From: Minisyncoccota bacterium
Lineage (GTDB): Bacteria; Patescibacteriota; Minisyncoccia; Phycocordibacterales; UBA9973
Length of the DNA stretch: 46,352 bases
Direction of reading: 5' to 3'
NCBI GenBank assembly: GCA_030157745.1
Contig: JAOAUE010000027.1
Location: 1,314 to 47,665 of the forward strand
This document shows, piece after piece, positions 41,904 through 46,352 of the stretch; the stretch's first letter is position 1; every line of letters begins with the position of its first letter. The notes beneath the pieces are model-generated. The model saw only the letters and a list, made by a program, of their open reading frames with translations, had not been told where the DNA came from and ran no database searches. Made by a program: the position numbers and the translations under genes.

Positions 41904-42896
41904 ATGCAAAATGAACAAATAGAATTTTTGGCTATCGGGGATCTTGTAACTGATGCCTTTATAAAAATAAAAGATGCGAGGGTGACTTGTGATATAGACG
42001 AGCACAACTGCAAACTCTCGCTACGCTTTGGAGACAAAGTCCCATACGAATCAGTCGAAGAAGTGCGCGCTGTGGGCAATAGCGCCAACGCTGCTGTTTG
42101 CGCCTCTAGACTTGGAGTATCTTCTGCTCTTATGGCAAATGTTGGGAAAGATACTCACGGACAAAACTGTCTTGATGAACTTATAAAAAACAATGTCTTA
42201 ACAAAATACGTAGGAGTCCACGAAGGTATCCCTACCAACTATCACTATGTGCTTTGGTATGACGTAGATAGAACTATACTTGTAAAACACGCCCACTTTC
42301 CCACATCTTTCCCTTCTGACATGATGGCACCAAAAATGATTTACCTCTCTTCTTTAGGAGAAGGAACAGAAGACTACCACAGAGAAATCTCAAACTTTGT
42401 CTCTGCTCACCCAGAAACAAAGTTAGTCTTTCAGCCAGGAACATTCCAAATGAAAATGGGTGTTGAGGCACTAAAGGACATCTACCAAAACACATACGCT
42501 TTCTTTTGTAACGTAGAAGAAGCACAAAGAATACTAAAAGTAGAGACTGGAGAAATAAAGGTTTTGATAAAAGGCCTTCACGACCTAGGGCCAAAAAATG
42601 TATTTATAACTGATGGGGTCAAAGGAGCTTATGCTTCTGACGGCAAAGAGGCTTATTTCATGCCTATATACCCACATGATCCATATGAAAGAACTGGTGC
42701 CGGAGATGCATTTGCCTCTACTGTCTCTGTCGCACTCCTTATGGACAAGTCTTTAGAAGAAGCACTCTCTTGGGGACCTATAAACTCCATGAGTGTTGTA
42801 GGATACGTCGGCGCACAAAAAGGTCTTTTGACAAAAGATACGCTGGAGAAATATCTATCTGAAGCTCCAAGTGATTATAAGATTAAAAATATATAA
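41904..42896 (+). CDS. PfkB family carbohydrate kinase
   Basis: Ribokinase-like fold with the C-terminal GAGDAFAS motif. A TATAAT box at 41892-41897 lies 6 nt before the ATG. Confidence 0.8.
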   Translation: MQNEQIEFLAIGDLVTDAFIKIKDARVTCDIDEHNCKLSLRFGDKVPYESVEEVRAVGNSANAAVCASRLGVSSALMANVGKDTHGQNCLDELIKNNVLTKYVGVHEGIPTNYHYVLWYDVDRTILVKHAHFPTSFPSDMMAPKMIYLSSLGEGTEDYHREISNFVSAHPETKLVFQPGTFQMKMGVEALKDIYQNTYAFFCNVEEAQRILKVETGEIKVLIKGLHDLGPKNVFITDGVKGAYASDGKEAYFMPIYPHDPYERTGAGDAFASTVSVALLMDKSLEEALSWGPINSMSVVGYVGAQKGLLTKDTLEKYLSEAPSDYKIKNI

Positions 42897-42900
42897 ATTT

Positions 42901-43329
42901 ATGGAAGACTTTGAAAAATTTAGTTCTGAAAATAGAGTAATAGCTGACACTGATCATGTGTTAGAAGTAAGCGCGAAAGAAGAAAAATTTTATCCTAGCG
43001 AAATAATAAAATCTTTTGATCAAAAGATAGCAAAATTACACGCAGAGCTCTTGCGTATAGAATCCTACATGGATGCCAAAAAAAATAAACCTGCTATTGA
43101 GGGGCAAATAGACAGTCTGACTATGTCTAGACCAGTTTCAGCTCTTAGTATTTCAGAGAAGTTATCTGAGGTACAAAAATATGATCTACTAATAAAATCT
43201 TTCGAAGAAAACGGGGTACCTTCAGAGATTTATAAGGAAGCAAAAGAAGATTTAGAATACTTAAAATCTAAAGTACTTCTACTTTCTCAAATAAAAAATG
43301 TTGCGGAAAATAATCCTAGTTTAAACTAA
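42901..43329 (+). CDS. hypothetical coiled-coil protein (142 aa)
   Basis: ORF track, with the start moved to the ATG at 42901 (MEDFEKFSS). Confidence 0.4.
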   Translation: MEDFEKFSSENRVIADTDHVLEVSAKEEKFYPSEIIKSFDQKIAKLHAELLRIESYMDAKKNKPAIEGQIDSLTMSRPVSALSISEKLSEVQKYDLLIKSFEENGVPSEIYKEAKEDLEYLKSKVLLLSQIKNVAENNPSLN

Positions 43330-44321
43330 TTTTTTCTATCTAAGACTTTCAAAACGGCACTCATTATGTCATCACGACCCATGCCGTAATGCTCTATTAG
43401 CTCATTTGGTGTTCCTGATTGACCAAATAGATCCTGAACTCCAACGAACTCTATAGCTGTTGGATAATTTTTTGCCAAACACTCAGCTACTGCTCCACCC
43501 AAACCACCTGCGATTTGGTGCTCCTCTACCGTTACTATAGCTTTTGTTTCTTTAGCCACTTTTATGATCAACTCTTCATCCAGAGGCTTGATGGTGTGGA
43601 TATTTACCACGATAGCCTTGATATGTTTTCTTTCCAAATCTTTTGCTACACGCATAGCATTTGCTACCAACGCCCCTGTTGCAACTATAGCAACATGAGC
43701 AACACCTTCTGGGCGGAAAAGTATTTGACCCTTTCCTATTTCTAGAGGCGTATCTTCTGTAGTGATGGCAGGCGTCTTTTCTCGGGCCAGCCGTAGGTAT
43801 GCCAAGAGAGGGGCCTGCGCAAGCGCTATGGTCATTTTCTTTGCTTGGAGGGCATCACAAGGCGAAAGAACCACCATGCGGGGAATAACACGCATAAGAG
43901 CTATGTCTTCTATGGCTTGGTGAGTACCACCATCTGGGCCAACAGAAACACCTGCGTGGCTTCCGACAATAACAGCTTTTCTATCATTGTATGCAAGAGT
44001 TGTACGGATCTGCTCCCAGTTTCTTCCCGGAGAAAACATTGCATAAGAAGAGAAAAATGGATATTTACCCATCGCTGCTATACCACTTGCGACAGTTGCC
44101 AAGTTTTGCTCAGCTACTCCTATCTCTACAAATCTCTCTGGAAACTTGTTTTTGAACAAATGCATTTGAGTACTTTCAGTCAGATCGGCAGAAAGAGCGA
44201 CAATGTCTTTGTTGCTCTCACCTGCTTGTGCCAAACCTTCACCAAAGCCTTTGCGAATTGGTACTTGCTCTACATCATCAGAGAAGATTTTTGTATTTAG
44301 TTTTAAATCAGGATTTAACAT
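43326..44321 (-). CDS. transketolase, C-terminal subunit (pyrimidine-binding plus C-terminal domains)
   Basis: IGVAEQN, SYAMFS and VGPDGGTHQAIEDIA motifs. The start at 44321 avoids overlap with the upstream Nudix gene. Confidence 0.9.
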   Translation of the reverse strand: MLNPDLKLNTKIFSDDVEQVPIRKGFGEGLAQAGESNKDIVALSADLTESTQMHLFKNKFPERFVEIGVAEQNLATVASGIAAMGKYPFFSSYAMFSPGRNWEQIRTTLAYNDRKAVIVGSHAGVSVGPDGGTHQAIEDIALMRVIPRMVVLSPCDALQAKKMTIALAQAPLLAYLRLAREKTPAITTEDTPLEIGKGQILFRPEGVAHVAIVATGALVANAMRVAKDLERKHIKAIVVNIHTIKPLDEELIIKVAKETKAIVTVEEHQIAGGLGGAVAECLAKNYPTAIEFVGVQDLFGQSGTPNELIEHYGMGRDDIMSAVLKVLDRKN

Positions 44322-44325
44322 ATTT

Positions 44326-44772
44326 TTATTTTTCAGATAAACTCCAATCAAATTCCGAAAAGATTACTCCTAACTTATACTGTTCAATTCCATGTCGTGC
44401 CTTAGGTATTGTATTCTCTGGAAGATCGCCTAGTGAAAACCATTGTAAGTCATCACACTTATCCGGCTCAGTTATTGTTGGTTCTCCTTCCCATTTATCG
44501 GCTATCAAAAAAAATTCGATACGTTCATGCTTTTCACCATAACGGTGCATTACATGAACAACTCGTAAATCTTCTTTTTTAATGTTTACACCTATCTCTT
44601 CTTTTGCCTCACGAATCGCAGCAATTGTTACGGGCTCACCCCCGTCGATATGTCCAGCAGGCACTTCATAATCACCATCACGATAACCAGTATTCATACG
44701 ACGCATAAGCAAGATTTTTTTATCTTTTATAAGTAGAATATTTACAACACAAAGTAATTGAAATCTTTCCAT
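44326..44772 (-). CDS. Nudix hydrolase
   Basis: The canonical Nudix box is GHIDGGEPVTIAAIREAKEEIGV. Confidence 0.85.
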   Translation of the reverse strand: MERFQLLCVVNILLIKDKKILLMRRMNTGYRDGDYEVPAGHIDGGEPVTIAAIREAKEEIGVNIKKEDLRVVHVMHRYGEKHERIEFFLIADKWEGEPTITEPDKCDDLQWFSLGDLPENTIPKARHGIEQYKLGVIFSEFDWSLSEK

Positions 44773-44778
44773 ATAATT

Positions 44779-45651
44779 TTAATTATGTTCACTCTTAATT
44801 TTACCATTTAATGTTCTTAGCTCTTGAAGTGCCATATTTGCCTCTTCTTTGTTTGGCGCTTTACCATGCCACTCAAATTTGCGTTCAAATTCTCGCACAC
44901 CTTTTCCAGGAATAGTGCGCGCAATGATAACGGAAGGCTTTTCAAATACAGCTTTGGTTTTGTGAACAGCATCAATGATGGCTTCTATATTGTGTCCATC
45001 TATTTCTTGCACATGCCAGTTAAAGGCTTCCCACTTGGCATTGAGCGAATCTAGTGGCATGACATCCTCTGTATAACCGTCTATTTGGATATTGTTTCTA
45101 TCTACTATCGCTATGAGATTACGAAGCTTTTCTTTGCCAGCGAGCATTATTGCCTCCCAGTTATTACCTTCATTGAGCTCTCCGTCTCCTAGTAAACAAT
45201 AAAAGTATTTATCACTAGTGACACCATTATCTATCCTGTCAGCCAGCGCCATACCAACAGCCTGAGAAAGTCCGCATCCGAGCGGGCCTGAACTATTTTC
45301 TAAGTATGGCAAAAATTCTCTATGAGGATGTCCTTGAAGTCGACTACCAAACTTCCGTAATGTTTGAAGCTCTTCTGTAGGAAAGTATCCAACGTGAGCC
45401 ATAGTGGCATAAAGTACAGGATTGATATGGCCATTTGAAAGGATAACTCTGTCTCTCTCTTTCCAGTCGGGATTTTCTGGGTCATGACGAACTAGATCAA
45501 AGTATAGTGCAGTGAAAACATCAGCCATTCCGAGAGGTCCTGCAGTGTGACCTGATCCAGCAGACAAAAGCATAGAGATGATGCTTTCTCTTATTTCATT
45601 TGCTTTTATAGATAGCTCTCTTGTTGAATAAGTGCCAATTTTATTTTTCAT
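44779..45651 (-). CDS. transketolase, N-terminal (thiamine-diphosphate-binding) subunit
   Basis: GHTAGPLG, SNGH and GDGELNEGNNWEA motifs. Confidence 0.9.
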   Translation of the reverse strand: MKNKIGTYSTRELSIKANEIRESIISMLLSAGSGHTAGPLGMADVFTALYFDLVRHDPENPDWKERDRVILSNGHINPVLYATMAHVGYFPTEELQTLRKFGSRLQGHPHREFLPYLENSSGPLGCGLSQAVGMALADRIDNGVTSDKYFYCLLGDGELNEGNNWEAIMLAGKEKLRNLIAIVDRNNIQIDGYTEDVMPLDSLNAKWEAFNWHVQEIDGHNIEAIIDAVHKTKAVFEKPSVIIARTIPGKGVREFERKFEWHGKAPNKEEANMALQELRTLNGKIKSEHN

Positions 45652-45653
45652 TT

Positions 45654-46352
45654 TTATGAGTTAGCAAGATTTTGTAACTCTTCTATTGTACCGTGAGGAT
45701 CGATACTTTGAAAGATAGCAGAACCCACAACCAACCTCCGAGCGCCAGCTTTTACAAGATCTGGAATATTTTTGGCGTTTACTCCACCATCAACACTGAT
45801 ACGAATACTCTCTCCATAAAGCTCATAGACTTTTTTTACAAGTTCTATAGATTTTTCTGTGAAAGGTTCTCCTTGAAAACCTATATGTTCTATACCCATA
45901 CACTGAATACGCCGCAGGTATGGTACAAGTGGAGCAATTTCTGCTGGGTCATCATCGAGATCTAGCGCAATGCCAAAAGAAATCATTTGCCTAGTTATCT
46001 CTGGCAGATTTTCAAAATAATTTAGCAAACTCTCTACAGAAACACTCTTTTTATGAAAAATTATCTTCGAGGGGCCAAGTGCGATGAAGGTGTCCATTTG
46101 TGACAGTGGGTCAGCAACCATCAAATCAAACTCATAGTTGATACTGTCCCAGTATGGCAAACCCTCCTCTTCTTTGATTATCGCGTCTTTGCGAGAAACT
46201 TCTTTGCCTGTCCACCACCATGTTTTGTTGTTTACAAATTTTCCATCACAAAAATCTATCTGTATAGTCGGAGCAATAGCGCGGACCTTTTCTACCGCTT
46301 GCTCTATATCTCTAAAACTTTGTGGCAATATCGCCGGAATTATTTCTATCAT
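45654..46352 (-). CDS. rpe: ribulose-phosphate 3-epimerase family protein (divergent)
   Basis: IQIDFCDGKFVNN, FDLMV, GIEHIGFQGE, SVDGGV and VVGSAIF line up with the HIDxMDGxFVPN, HLMV, NPGFGGQ, VDGG and VAGSxxF motifs of Rpe. The ATG is the last codon-complement of the window (46350-46352). Confidence 0.65.
   Translation of the reverse strand: MIEIIPAILPQSFRDIEQAVEKVRAIAPTIQIDFCDGKFVNNKTWWWTGKEVSRKDAIIKEEEGLPYWDSINYEFDLMVADPLSQMDTFIALGPSKIIFHKKSVSVESLLNYFENLPEITRQMISFGIALDLDDDPAEIAPLVPYLRRIQCMGIEHIGFQGEPFTEKSIELVKKVYELYGESIRISVDGGVNAKNIPDLVKAGARRLVVGSAIFQSIDPHGTIEELQNLANS

Noticed and set aside
43845-44542. + strand ORFs of 151 aa and 104 aa overlapping the transketolase C-terminal subunit and the Nudix gene.
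   Set aside because: They are antisense to two genes with clear family motifs, and I recognise no motifs in them.
1-46352. Possible CRISPR array or other regularly spaced repeats.
   Set aside because: Every repeat I found occurs only twice, with irregular spacing and different contexts. No cas genes are present.
1-46352. Possible alternative genetic code (UGA recoding), as in some candidate phyla.
   Set aside because: All conserved genes are full-length under the standard code, and some ORFs end in TGA at sensible positions (for example 29469-29471). Only RF1 is in the window, which says nothing either way about RF2.

Overview
This is an AT-rich bacterial chromosomal segment. It has compact genes, many short intergenic regions and generally shortened housekeeping proteins, which fits a reduced genome of the Patescibacteria/CPR type. 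That lineage call is inference only. ORFs read cleanly under the standard bacterial code. Most of the window is core machinery. It holds mnmA and alaS, then an infA-rpmJ-rpsM-rpsK-rpsD-rpoA-rplQ block followed by rplM-rpsI. It also holds a grpE / dnaK / dnaJ chaperone region, lysS, a lexA operon and several cell-envelope enzymes (L,D-transpeptidase, CAP-domain protein, S41 protease, lytic transglycosylase-like protein). Further along are rpmA, rplI, rsmI, one tRNA-Ile(GAU), prfA, rpmE and rplY. A sugar-phosphate cluster closes the window: class II aldolase, PfkB kinase, split transketolase and an rpe-like gene. I saw no rRNA, CRISPR array, transposase, integrase or reverse transcriptase. The unusual content is mostly non-coding or very small:
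1. Two about 93% identical promoter-plus-leader modules each drive an unrelated small two-TM ORF and bracket a GNAT gene.
2. That GNAT gene has its own attenuator-like leader.
3. A Cheo-type SOS box sits in the promoter of an operon of two unknown small proteins plus lexA.
4. Two islets are bounded by duplicated gene 3' ends, one at tRNA-Ile and one at rpsI.
5. There is a family of long palindromic intergenic elements, two of which share a conserved core.
6. The 446-bp dnaK-dnaJ spacer is promoter-, terminator- and stem-rich.
7. A tightly packed accessory gene string lies downstream of lysS, starting with a PD-(D/E)xK nuclease-like protein.
All calls come from reading the sequence and from remembered family motifs. 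No searches were run.
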